A stretch of DNA of 64,000 nt from Eubacteriales bacterium (GCA_045644045.1 JAZRGD010000099.1:7126-71125); one strand, 5' to 3'. Shown: positions 9,129 through 17,165, counted from the stretch's first letter. Translations and numbers: made by a program. The notes: a model not told the origin generated them from the sequence alone.

Positions 9129-10982
9129 TCAATTGGTTTTTACGCCGGTATCCCGATAGCCTGCGCCGTCGGCGATCTCCTTTGCGTGGGGATGCTTTTC
9201 GTACAAGGTATCCAGATCCTTTTCCACCGCCCAGAAGCCCAAGAGCGTGTCGTGGTTGGGCTTGTGATTGCCTTGGGGCTCAATGTCCGTGGTGGAATAA
9301 ATGTTCCACAAACGGTTGTGATGGGTATACTGCCCCGGTACGTGATACTGAGTAAAGAGGGGAAGCTGGCAGTTGTCGATCACATTGTCGTACACATCCC
9401 AGTTGGAGGCAGAGCCGTCAAGGTAATAGCCCCGTCTGTCCCGATGTCCGCTTTCGGTCAGGAAGGCGGCGTTGTGGTGAATGGAATTGAAGCGAGGGGC
9501 GTAATCCTTGGTGCAGTTTGCGCCCGTTACGTAGATGGCCGCGCCGTCGCGGCACACGTCCATAAAGTCACGGATGTCGTTGTAGGCGATCTCTACGTTT
9601 CTCAGATTGACCTTCTCACCGGGATAATAGCTCACCTGACTGTATCCGTCGCCCGCCGCGATGGCGGAGTAGCCACAGCCCCGCACGGTGTTGTGAGACA
9701 ACTCTCCCCCGTCGCAGAAGCCGAGGAAGATACAGGCGGTGCTGGGATAATCGTAGGCGATATGCTCAAAATAGTTGTTTCGCACCTTGACGAAGAAGGT
9801 CTCCTCGCCCTGCTTCCAGCCGTTGCCCACCTTGCCGTCGGTGCGGTAGTTGCCGATAGCGATGGCACTCATCGCGGTGTCCTTGAACACGCAGTCCTCT
9901 ATTTTCAGGCCCACCGTCTTATCGCAGACCTGAACACCGTTACAGCCCAGGGCGCGGAAGCAGCAGCGCTTCACCGTCATATTTCTCATGTCCGAGGTGA
10001 GAATGGCGGCGTGGCGCAGTCTGCCCGCCCGCATCTCGTAGTTGGACAGGCGACCGAAGTAGCCCGTGTCGCAGGCGTAGGGAGAGGTCAGACCCACGAA
10101 GTCGATGCCCTCCACCGTCACGTCCTTCATCCCCTTGAACACAAGGTAGTTCGACAAGGTGGTGTAGCCAAAGGAATGTCTTGCCATATTGGCGGCGTCG
10201 GCGGGCAAAACATACACCGTCCCCGCCTTCCAATCGTAAACGAAGGTATCGGGCTCGGTGAGAAAAGCTAAGTTGTTGACGAAGAAGGTCTCACGGTTTC
10301 CGATATTGTTGGCTCTGTGCATACCGCGGACGAAGAACTCGTCAAACTCCGCGTTGAGCTTCACCAAGACGTAGGGCTCGCCGTCCACGTCCATGGTGGT
10401 ATCCGGGTCCACGTCGGTGACGCACAGAATGTAATGCTCCCATTGCACGAACATACGGAGCTGGGTAGCACCGATGCCGCTTTCCTTGATCCTTTCCGCA
10501 ATTCCCACGGGCGCGTAGAGGCCGTCCATCTTCATTTCTCCCTTGCGATGCTCAGGAAGAAGGGCGACGGGGTTGCGCCAGACGGGCGACTTGGCCATGG
10601 TCAGCCGCTTGTCACCGAGGAAAAAGTCACGGAATTTCGGATACTCGCCGTTTTCGTCCTTTTCAAACTGATACTTGTAGTAGGGCATACCCTCCACGGG
10701 GGTAAACTCCGCTCCCGAAATGCGGCGAATACCGCTGACGGTAGGGCGCATAGAGGGCTTTGCCTTGACGGTCAGACGGATGTTTTTGAGAGCGGGGTTT
10801 TCCTCTGCGGAAAACACCAGCGGCTCATCGACGAAATATTTGCCCTGATCCAGCTCCGCCACCACCTCGATGACGTTATCCTCCGAGGCGGTCTCTGCCA
10901 CGGCCAGAATATGCTCTCTGATCTCGGCAAGAGTCGCTCTTTGCTCGGTGCTTGCCACTCTTTTGGTTAAGGTAATTGCCAT
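9129..10982 (-). CDS. Beta-helix array paralog P5 (617 aa)
   Basis: ORF track. Motifs FVQWEHYILCVTDVD, HNTVRGCGYSAIAAG, CRDGAAIYVTGANCTKDYA. The N-terminus is shared with P3. Confidence 0.85.
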   Translation of the reverse strand: MAITLTKRVASTEQRATLAEIREHILAVAETASEDNVIEVVAELDQGKYFVDEPLVFSAEENPALKNIRLTVKAKPSMRPTVSGIRRISGAEFTPVEGMPYYKYQFEKDENGEYPKFRDFFLGDKRLTMAKSPVWRNPVALLPEHRKGEMKMDGLYAPVGIAERIKESGIGATQLRMFVQWEHYILCVTDVDPDTTMDVDGEPYVLVKLNAEFDEFFVRGMHRANNIGNRETFFVNNLAFLTEPDTFVYDWKAGTVYVLPADAANMARHSFGYTTLSNYLVFKGMKDVTVEGIDFVGLTSPYACDTGYFGRLSNYEMRAGRLRHAAILTSDMRNMTVKRCCFRALGCNGVQVCDKTVGLKIEDCVFKDTAMSAIAIGNYRTDGKVGNGWKQGEETFFVKVRNNYFEHIAYDYPSTACIFLGFCDGGELSHNTVRGCGYSAIAAGDGYSQVSYYPGEKVNLRNVEIAYNDIRDFMDVCRDGAAIYVTGANCTKDYAPRFNSIHHNAAFLTESGHRDRRGYYLDGSASNWDVYDNVIDNCQLPLFTQYHVPGQYTHHNRLWNIYSTTDIEPQGNHKPNHDTLLGFWAVEKDLDTLYEKHPHAKEIADGAGYRDTGVKTN

Positions 10983-10996
10983 TTCTCTTTCCTCCT

Positions 10997-11032
10997 CGCG
11001 CCCTCATCCGAGGGCGCGGCTCTTTCGTTTTT
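10997..11032 (+). promoter_or_regulatory. Second copy of the same intercistronic hairpin (CGCGCCCTC-atcc-GAGGGCGCG) between P6 and P5
   Basis: Near-identical sequence to 7202-7238 in the same position relative to the flanking genes. Confidence 0.6.
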
Positions 11033-11035
11033 GCT

Positions 11036-12883
11036 TTAATCTACCGTAAGGACTACTTCTCTGTAGCCCGCCGCGTCGGCAATGGCCTTGGCCGCAGGAT
11101 ATTTTTCGTACAAAGCGTCAAGGCTCTCCTCTACGGCGTAGAAGCCGAGAATGTTGTCTTGGTTCGGCTTGTGGTTGCCGCTTGGCTCAATGTCGGTGGT
11201 GGAATAGAAGTTCCGGGTGTGGACATGGTGGGTATACTGGCTTGGCACGTGATACTGGGTAAACAGGGGCATCGCGCAGTTGTCGATGACGTTGTCGTAC
11301 ACGTCCCAGTTAGAGGCCGAGCCGTCAAAGTAGTAACCGCGACGGTCGCGGTGTCCGATGTCCGTAAGAAGGGCAATATTGTCATGCACCGAGTTGAAGC
11401 GAACAGCATAGTCCTTGGTGCAGTTGGCCCCCGTCACGTAGATGGCGGCGCCGTCACGGCAGACGTCCATAAAATCACGGACGTCGTTGTAGGCGATCTC
11501 CACGTTTCTGAGATTGACCTTCTCACCCGGCTCGAAATCTACCTGACTATAACCGTCTCCCGCGGCAATACCCGAATAGGCACAGCCCTTGATGGTATTG
11601 TGAGAGATCTCACCCACGTCGCAGAAGCAGAGGAAGATGGCGGGGGAGCTGGGATAATCGTAAGCGATATTTTCAAGATAATTGTTGACGATCTTGACGT
11701 TATAGTTCTGATTTTGGGGATCTGACCAACCCCCGACACCCACGCGGTAGTTGCCCACCGAAATACCGCACATGGCCACGTTCACGAAGCGGCAGTCCCG
11801 CACCGTGGCGCTCACGGTGTGGTCGCAAAGCATCACGCCGTTGCCGCCCAGATCAAGGAAGGAGCAGCCCTTCACCGTAAAGCCTCTGGTATCCGAGGCA
11901 ACGATGGGAGCGTGGCGCAGCTTGCCCGCGCGGAACTCGCGGTTGGCAAGCGTGCCGAAATAGCCCGTGTCGCACACGTAGGGAGAGGTGAAGCCGGCAA
12001 AGGCGATCCCTTCCACCGTCACGTCCTTCATGCCCTTGAAGATAAAGGCGTTGGCAAGGGTGGTATAGCCAAACCTCATTCTCGCCATCTTTTCGGGATC
12101 GGAAGGGACTACGTAGATGGTACCTGTAAACCAGTCGTAGACAAAAGTATTAGGCTCGGTAAGGTAAGCAAGGTTGTTGACAAGGAAGGTCTCGCGGTTT
12201 CCAATGTTGTTGGCCTCATGTACCCCCTTGACGAATTGCTCGTCAAACTCCTCGTAGAACCGAACGAGGGCATAGGTCTCGCCCTTCACCTCGGCGGTGA
12301 CCGACAGATCCACTTCCTTCACGCGAAGGATATAATGCTGCCATTGCACGTAAATACGGAGCTGGGTGGCACCGACGTCCTTCCCCGCCACCTTTTCGAC
12401 AATATCGATGGGGGCGTACAAGCCCTCCACCTTCTCCTCTCCGCTTCTTTGGGCAGGGAGCAGAGGGAAGGGGTTACGCCACATGGGAGACCTTGCCATC
12501 TTCATGCGCTTCGTGCCGCAGAAAACGTCGTAGAACTTGGGGTACTCACCCGCTTCGTTCTTTTCCAGCTGATATTTGTAATAGGGAGTGCCCTCTACAG
12601 GGGTGAAGTCTGCGCCCGAAATAGATTTCAAAGGACAGACGGTGGGATACATGGAGGGCTTCGCCTTGATGGTCAGGCGGATATTTTGGAGGGCGGGGTT
12701 CTCCTCGGCGGAGAACACCAGGGGCGCGTCCAGGGTGTAGCTTCCCCTGTCAAGCTCCACCGTCACCTCGATCTTATTCTCGGGCGTAGCACCCTCTGCC
12801 AGAGCGAGAACCTTGTCAAGAAGCCCGTCAAGGGCATCGAGCGTCTCGGTCGTACTCGTTTTTTTCGTGATTGCAATAGCCAT
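11036..12883 (-). CDS. Beta-helix array paralog P6 (615 aa), promoter-proximal first gene of the array
   Basis: ORF track. SD AGGAGAGG upstream of the ATG. Motifs YVQWQHYILRVKEVDL, HNTIKGCAYSGIAAG, CRDGAAIYVTGANCTKDYA. Confidence 0.85.
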   Translation of the reverse strand: MAIAITKKTSTTETLDALDGLLDKVLALAEGATPENKIEVTVELDRGSYTLDAPLVFSAEENPALQNIRLTIKAKPSMYPTVCPLKSISGADFTPVEGTPYYKYQLEKNEAGEYPKFYDVFCGTKRMKMARSPMWRNPFPLLPAQRSGEEKVEGLYAPIDIVEKVAGKDVGATQLRIYVQWQHYILRVKEVDLSVTAEVKGETYALVRFYEEFDEQFVKGVHEANNIGNRETFLVNNLAYLTEPNTFVYDWFTGTIYVVPSDPEKMARMRFGYTTLANAFIFKGMKDVTVEGIAFAGFTSPYVCDTGYFGTLANREFRAGKLRHAPIVASDTRGFTVKGCSFLDLGGNGVMLCDHTVSATVRDCRFVNVAMCGISVGNYRVGVGGWSDPQNQNYNVKIVNNYLENIAYDYPSSPAIFLCFCDVGEISHNTIKGCAYSGIAAGDGYSQVDFEPGEKVNLRNVEIAYNDVRDFMDVCRDGAAIYVTGANCTKDYAVRFNSVHDNIALLTDIGHRDRRGYYFDGSASNWDVYDNVIDNCAMPLFTQYHVPSQYTHHVHTRNFYSTTDIEPSGNHKPNQDNILGFYAVEESLDALYEKYPAAKAIADAAGYREVVLTVD

Positions 12884-12955
12884 AGTGCTTTTCCTCTCCT
12901 GTGTGTGCGCGCGTGCGCGTAATAAACAAAAAGCAGCGAAGGCGCAAAAAGCGGA

Positions 12956-13075
12956 CTACGCAAGAAAAAGGCAACGGGCGGGGGGCTCTTGCCATAGTCT
13001 CGCGAAGTCTCCTTGAGCCTTCACTGCTTGAGGGGTGCGGTGATACCGCACTCGTCGTCTTATCGGGTTTCGCAT
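12956..13075 (-). CDS. Candidate leader sORF (39 codons: MRNPIRRRVRYHRTPQAVKAQGDFARLWQEPPARCLFLA) in the array leader
   Basis: The ATG (rc of cat 13073-13075) is preceded by AAGGAG (rc of 13082-13087) at 6 nt. The frame reads through a weak hairpin plus U-tract (GGCAA-N14-TTGCC-TTTTT) and stops at TAG 12956-12958. There is no homology evidence, so this is speculative. Confidence 0.25.
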   Translation of the reverse strand: MRNPIRRRVRYHRTPQAVKAQGDFARLWQEPPARCLFLA

Positions 13076-13154
13076 ACCTATCTCCTTTCGAAAGCGCGCA
13101 GCACTTTCCGCGGGAAGCGTCGGTTTTTCGGTCGGGACACGCCCAACCGTGGGT

Positions 13155-13183
13155 ATTATATCAAAAAAAACAGATATTGTCAA
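13155..13183 (-). promoter_or_regulatory. Sigma-A-type promoter of the beta-helix array (TTGACA-17 nt-TATAAT)
   Basis: The reverse complement reads TTGACAatatctgttttttttgaTATAAT, a perfect consensus at both hexamers with optimal spacing, ~265 nt upstream of the P6 ATG. Confidence 0.65.
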
Positions 13184-13294
13184 TGAAAATCGAGAATTTT
13201 CTGCAATTTTTTTTGCAAATTTTCGGTCATTTTTCGCCCTTTTTTCTTTCTCGCCCTCTTCTTTTGACTTTTCTGCTTTTTCTCTCCCCCGCCC

Positions 13295-13323
13295 TTGACT
13301 TTTCCCTTCTTATAAGGTATAAT
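13295..13323 (+). promoter_or_regulatory. Sigma-A-type promoter of ribF (TTGACT-17 nt-TATAAT)
   Basis: Read directly: TTGACTtttcccttcttataaggTATAAT, ~35 nt upstream of the ribF start. Confidence 0.6.
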
Positions 13324-13356
13324 GAAGAGTACGATGAAAAACGAAAGGAGAGCGGT

Positions 13357-14232
13357 GTGAAGGTCTGTTCCTATCCTTATCCCAAAGCCTTGTCCCCCAC
13401 CGTGGTGGCACTGGGCTGCTTTGACGGCACGCACGTGGGACACGCGGCGCTTTTTGCCGAGACGGTAAAGCTGGCAAACGCCTTGGACGCCGTCCCCGCC
13501 GTCTTTACCTTTTCGGATTTTCTGCCAAGCAAGGGCACGCCCCTCTCCACCCTCGACGACCGTCTCGCGGTCATGGAGGAGGCGGGTGTTGAGACCGTCT
13601 TTCTCTCCCCCTTTCACGAGGTCAAGGCACTGTCCGCCACGGATTTTATCCGCACCGTTTTGAAGGACGGGCTGGGTGCATTGGCCACCGTTTGCGGCTT
13701 TAATTACCGCTTCGGCGCGGGGGCGACGGGAGACGGTGAGACCTTAAAGCAGGCCTTTCCTCTCGCCGTACAGGTCCCTGCCGTCACCTATGGTGACGCC
13801 CCCATCTCCTCCTCCCGCATCCGAGCCGCGCTGACGGCGGGAGAGGTGGAGGAGGCCGCCGCCATGCTCGGCCGTCCCTATACCGTCAGGGGAGAGGTCA
13901 GCCACGGGAAAAGCGTGGGTCGCGCCTTCGGCTTCCCCACCGCCAATCTTGCCGTTTCCACCCTTCTGCCCGCCTACGGCGTGTACGAAACGAGGGTGAC
14001 GGTGGACGGCGTCGCCTATGCCGCCCTGTCCGACGTTGGGGTGCGTCCCACCGTGGAGGCGAAGGGCGAGGCAAGGGTGGAATCCTTCCTTTTGGATTTT
14101 GAGGGCGACTTATACGGAAGGACGCTTTCCGTCTCCTTCCTTCGCCGTCTGCGGGACGAGATGCGCTTTGATGGGGTAGAGGCTCTGAGGGCGCAGATAG
14201 AAAAAGATGTAAAAAGTATAAGAAGCAAATAG
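13357..14232 (+). CDS. ribF: Bifunctional riboflavin kinase / FAD synthetase
   Basis: GTG start with AAGGAG 6 nt upstream. Contains GCFDGTHVGH (nucleotidyltransferase motif) and a C-terminal riboflavin kinase-like region (GFPTANL...). The longer track ORF starting at 12901 is an upstream read-through artefact. Confidence 0.9.
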   Translation: MKVCSYPYPKALSPTVVALGCFDGTHVGHAALFAETVKLANALDAVPAVFTFSDFLPSKGTPLSTLDDRLAVMEEAGVETVFLSPFHEVKALSATDFIRTVLKDGLGALATVCGFNYRFGAGATGDGETLKQAFPLAVQVPAVTYGDAPISSSRIRAALTAGEVEEAAAMLGRPYTVRGEVSHGKSVGRAFGFPTANLAVSTLLPAYGVYETRVTVDGVAYAALSDVGVRPTVEAKGEARVESFLLDFEGDLYGRTLSVSFLRRLRDEMRFDGVEALRAQIEKDVKSIRSK

Positions 14233-14240
14233 AGGTGCTT

Positions 14241-15155
14241 ATGGAAAACGAATGGATCAAGCTTTCTTTAAAAGGAGAGCAAAAGGACGTAGAGATCTTA
14301 ACCGCCGTTATCGGCATGATCGACAGCGGCGTTCTCATTGAGGATTACAGCGACGTGACCACCGACGGTATGTACGGCGCTCTCATCGACGAGTCGATTT
14401 TAAACACGGACAAGACCAAGGCCACCGTCTCGGTCTTTCTGTCGGCGGACAAAAGCCTTACCGAGGCAAAGGCATTTCTTGCCGAGCGCATCGACACCTT
14501 GGGTCTTTCCGCCGAGGTCGTCACCGAGGGTATGAAGGAGGAGGATTGGGCGGAGACCTGGAAAAAGCACTACCATCCCATCCCCCTCGGTAAGATCACC
14601 GTGGTGCCCGCCTGGGAGGACTACACCCCGAAGGAGGGGGAAAGGATCATCCGCATGGACCCCGGTATGGCCTTCGGTACGGGCACACACGAGACCACCC
14701 GTCTGGTAATGGAAATGCTCCAAGACGAGATAAAGGGCGGCGAGCGTGTTCTTGACGTGGGCACAGGCAGCGGTATTCTTTCTCTTTGCGCCTCCAAGCT
14801 GGGCGCTTCCGTTTGCTACGCCTACGACATTGACCCCGTGGCTGTGCGCGTGGCAAGAGAAAACGTGGCGGCGGACGGCGCGGAAAACGTATTTTGCGGC
14901 GTGGCGGATCTTTTGGACGGCGTGGATACCGCGGGCGGTAAGTTTGATTTCGTGGTCGCCAATATCGTTTCGAGCATCATCCTGCGCCTGCTTCCCGACC
15001 TTGCCTCGGTGATGACCGAGGGCGGCCGCGCCATCCTCTCGGGCATTATCGGAGAGAGAGTGGAGGAGATCAAGGAGGCGGCAAGAAAATACGGCTTCAC
15101 CCTGCTCCGCGAGGCGGAGGACAGAGACTGGTACGCCCTTCTCATTCAGAACTGA
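14241..15155 (+). CDS. prmA: Ribosomal protein L11 methyltransferase
   Basis: Motifs GTGTHETTRL and VLDVGTGSGILS, with typical length. The ATG at 14241 is preferred over the GTG at 14235. Confidence 0.9.
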   Translation: MENEWIKLSLKGEQKDVEILTAVIGMIDSGVLIEDYSDVTTDGMYGALIDESILNTDKTKATVSVFLSADKSLTEAKAFLAERIDTLGLSAEVVTEGMKEEDWAETWKKHYHPIPLGKITVVPAWEDYTPKEGERIIRMDPGMAFGTGTHETTRLVMEMLQDEIKGGERVLDVGTGSGILSLCASKLGASVCYAYDIDPVAVRVARENVAADGAENVFCGVADLLDGVDTAGGKFDFVVANIVSSIILRLLPDLASVMTEGGRAILSGIIGERVEEIKEAARKYGFTLLREAEDRDWYALLIQN

Positions 15156-15185
15156 TCAACACCAACTGACGTAAGGAGGCATCCT

Positions 15186-15920
15186 ATGCCCCGTTTCTTT
15201 TTATCCCGACCCATGACCGTAGGCGAAACGGTGACCGTAACGGGAGACGACGCCCGCCATATCTCCTATTCCCTCCGCATGGCGGTGGGAGACGAGGTGA
15301 CCCTCCTTGACGGGGAGGGCGGCGCGTTCCGCGCCCGTCTGTCCGCCCTTGACGGCACCGACGTGCGTGCGGAGATCACGGAAAGGCTGACCGCCACGGC
15401 GGAAAGCCCTCTTCATATTCACTTATATCAAGGCTATCCCAAATCCGACAAGCTGGAATTTATCGTGCAAAAGGCGGTAGAGCTGGGCGCGTGCGCCGTC
15501 ACCCCCTTTGAAAGCGAGCATTGCGTCAAGCGTCCCAAGGCGGAGAAGCTTGCCCACATCACCGAAAGACAAAACCGCATCGCCACCGAGGCGGCGAAGC
15601 AGTGCGGCAGGGATCTTCTTCCCACCGTACACCCCTGCATCTCCTTTGACGGGATGCTGAAGGAGGCCGCCTCCTTCCCTCTCTGCCTTTTCTGCTATGA
15701 GGGCGAGGGCACCCTTTCCTTGAAGGAGATCTGCCTTTCCCATCCCGACGTCCGCCGAGTCGCCGTGGTGGTGGGGAGCGAGGGCGGCTTCTCGCCCCGC
15801 GAGGCGGAGGCGGCAAGAGCGGCAGGGCTTGTGATGACGGGCCTTGGCGCGCGCATTTTGCGCTGTGAGACTGCCCCTCTTTACGCTCTCAGCGCCCTAT
15901 CCTTTTTCTACGAGCTATAG
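15186..15920 (+). CDS. rsmE: 16S rRNA (uracil1498-N3)-methyltransferase
   Basis: N-terminal MPRFF...GD.ARHI pattern and C-terminal SPOUT-like GSEGGFS..E motif. The position after prmA is canonical. Confidence 0.85.
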   Translation: MPRFFLSRPMTVGETVTVTGDDARHISYSLRMAVGDEVTLLDGEGGAFRARLSALDGTDVRAEITERLTATAESPLHIHLYQGYPKSDKLEFIVQKAVELGACAVTPFESEHCVKRPKAEKLAHITERQNRIATEAAKQCGRDLLPTVHPCISFDGMLKEAASFPLCLFCYEGEGTLSLKEICLSHPDVRRVAVVVGSEGGFSPREAEAARAAGLVMTGLGARILRCETAPLYALSALSFFYEL

Positions 15921-15990
15921 GCATTTTTCACCCCTCACAAAAAAATCAATAAAATTTTGTGCATTTTTTATAATTTTTTTCATTTTCCTA

Positions 15991-16019
15991 TTGCAAAATG
16001 ACAAAATATGATGTAAAAT
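15991..16019 (+). promoter_or_regulatory. Candidate sigma-A promoter (TTGCAA-17 nt-TAAAAT) for the CdaR/PucR-family gene
   Basis: Read directly in the AT-rich spacer upstream of 16077. Confidence 0.45.
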
Positions 16020-16076
16020 ATAGTGCAGTATAGACAATTAATTTTACCAAGTTTGAAGTAAAAGGAGTTTTCCGCT

Positions 16077-17165
16077 ATGGCAAACCGTTTATTCCAAAGC
16101 GTTATCCACCAAATGAAGGATTCTGTCAGCCGCGTCATTGGCGTGATAGACGAAAACAGCATGATCACCGCCTGCACCGATATGAAGCGTATCGGTGAGA
16201 TGGTTCCCGAGGTCAGAGAGGAGCTGGTCTTCTCCGCCGTCACCTTACAGCAAAACGGCTATACCTACCGTTTTCTGACCACCTCCACGGGCAAGACCGA
16301 CTGTCTCGTTTTCGTTGAGGGAGAGGACAAGAAGGCAGAGGAGCTTTGCTCGGTTTTGTCGGTGTCTCTCGGTAGCATCAAGAATTTCTACGACGAGAAA
16401 TACGATAAGGGCTCCTTTATCAAGAACGTGATGCTGGACAACATCCTGCAAAGCGATATTTACATCAAGAGCAAGGAGCTGCACTTCGACAACGAGGCAC
16501 TCCACGTGGTCTTCCTGATCAAGTTTTACAGCCACACCGAAATGCTTCCCTACGAGATCGTGCAGGGTCTCTTCCCCGACAAGAACACCGATTACGTCAT
16601 CGGCGTGGGCGAGCAGGACATCGTGGTGGTGAAGGAGGTCGCCGTGGGCGAGGAGCCCGAGGATCTGGAGGAGCTGGCGGGCAGCATCGCCCACACCCTC
16701 AACTCCGAGTTCTACTCCAAGGTGGCCATCGGCATCTCCACCGTTGTGACGGGCTTGAAGGATCTGGCCCGCGCCTACAAGGAGGCGAGAGTCGCCCTTG
16801 AGGTAGGCAAGATGTTCGACACCGAAAAGAGCATCATCAGCTACGACAACCTGGGCATCGGCCGTCTCATCTATCAGCTTCCCACCACCCTGTGCGAGAT
16901 CTTCCTCCAAGAGGTGTTCAAGAAGGGCTCTCTCGAATCCCTCGACAGAGACACCCTCGACACGGTACAGCGCTTCTTCGAGTACAACCTGAACGTGTCC
17001 GAGACCTCTCGCAATCTTTTCGTACACCGCAACACGCTGGTCTACCGTCTGGAAAAGATCCGCAAGATCACAGGACTTGACCTGCGCAATTTCGACCAAG
17101 CCATCACCTTCAAGGTGGCACTGATGGTCAAGAAGTACCTGACCAACAAGCCCACCAAGTTCTGA
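16077..17165 (+). CDS. CdaR/PucR-family transcriptional regulator
   Basis: N-terminal diacid-recognition-like region (...VIGVIDENSMITACTD.KRIGE) and C-terminal PucR HTH (SETSRNLFVHRNTLVYRLEKIRKITGLDL). Confidence 0.8.
   Translation: MANRLFQSVIHQMKDSVSRVIGVIDENSMITACTDMKRIGEMVPEVREELVFSAVTLQQNGYTYRFLTTSTGKTDCLVFVEGEDKKAEELCSVLSVSLGSIKNFYDEKYDKGSFIKNVMLDNILQSDIYIKSKELHFDNEALHVVFLIKFYSHTEMLPYEIVQGLFPDKNTDYVIGVGEQDIVVVKEVAVGEEPEDLEELAGSIAHTLNSEFYSKVAIGISTVVTGLKDLARAYKEARVALEVGKMFDTEKSIISYDNLGIGRLIYQLPTTLCEIFLQEVFKKGSLESLDRDTLDTVQRFFEYNLNVSETSRNLFVHRNTLVYRLEKIRKITGLDLRNFDQAITFKVALMVKKYLTNKPTKF

Noticed and set aside
1-12883. The idea that the beta-helix array is a set of prophage tailspike or depolymerase genes.
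   Set aside because: No phage structural, lysis, integrase or repressor genes flank it inside the window. Its composition matches the host, and the members share a non-tailspike-like conserved N-terminal domain and operon organisation. This is kept only as a minor alternative hypothesis, because the left boundary is unseen.
19-12922. Very long plus-strand ORFs co-extensive with every beta-helix gene (19..1443, 1896..2408, 3762..5249, 5449..7176, 7182..9026, 9186..10271, 10317..10970, 11819..12922), some as long as the genes themselves (614 aa vs 614 aa).
   Set aside because: They are antisense shadows. The translations are low-complexity V/G/H/R/L-rich strings with no motifs, no SDs and no sensible starts. 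The minus-strand products have conserved family motifs, SDs and paralog-wide conservation. Sense-strand avoidance of TTA, CTA and TCA codons in a GC3-rich genome removes stops from the in-register antisense frame. The same effect is seen opposite lysS, argS and the symporter gene.
12960-13060. Loose resemblance of the array leader (gcagtgaaggctcaaggagacttcgcg) to the cobalamin-riboswitch 'GCCACUG...GGGAAGGC...B12 box AGUCAGGAGACCUGCC' region.
   Set aside because: Only fragmentary matches exist. The upstream core (GGGAA...GGUG..AA.UCC...) is not present, and a B12 riboswitch makes no functional sense here. It is kept only as 'unclassified leader'. An Infernal scan would settle it.
12901-13356. 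N-terminal 152 codons of track ORF 12901..14232 (would make RibF 443 aa).
   Set aside because: The extension crosses two predicted promoters and a low-complexity T-rich region. RibF similarity begins only at the GTG at 13357, which has an AAGGAG SD, giving a normal ~291-aa protein.
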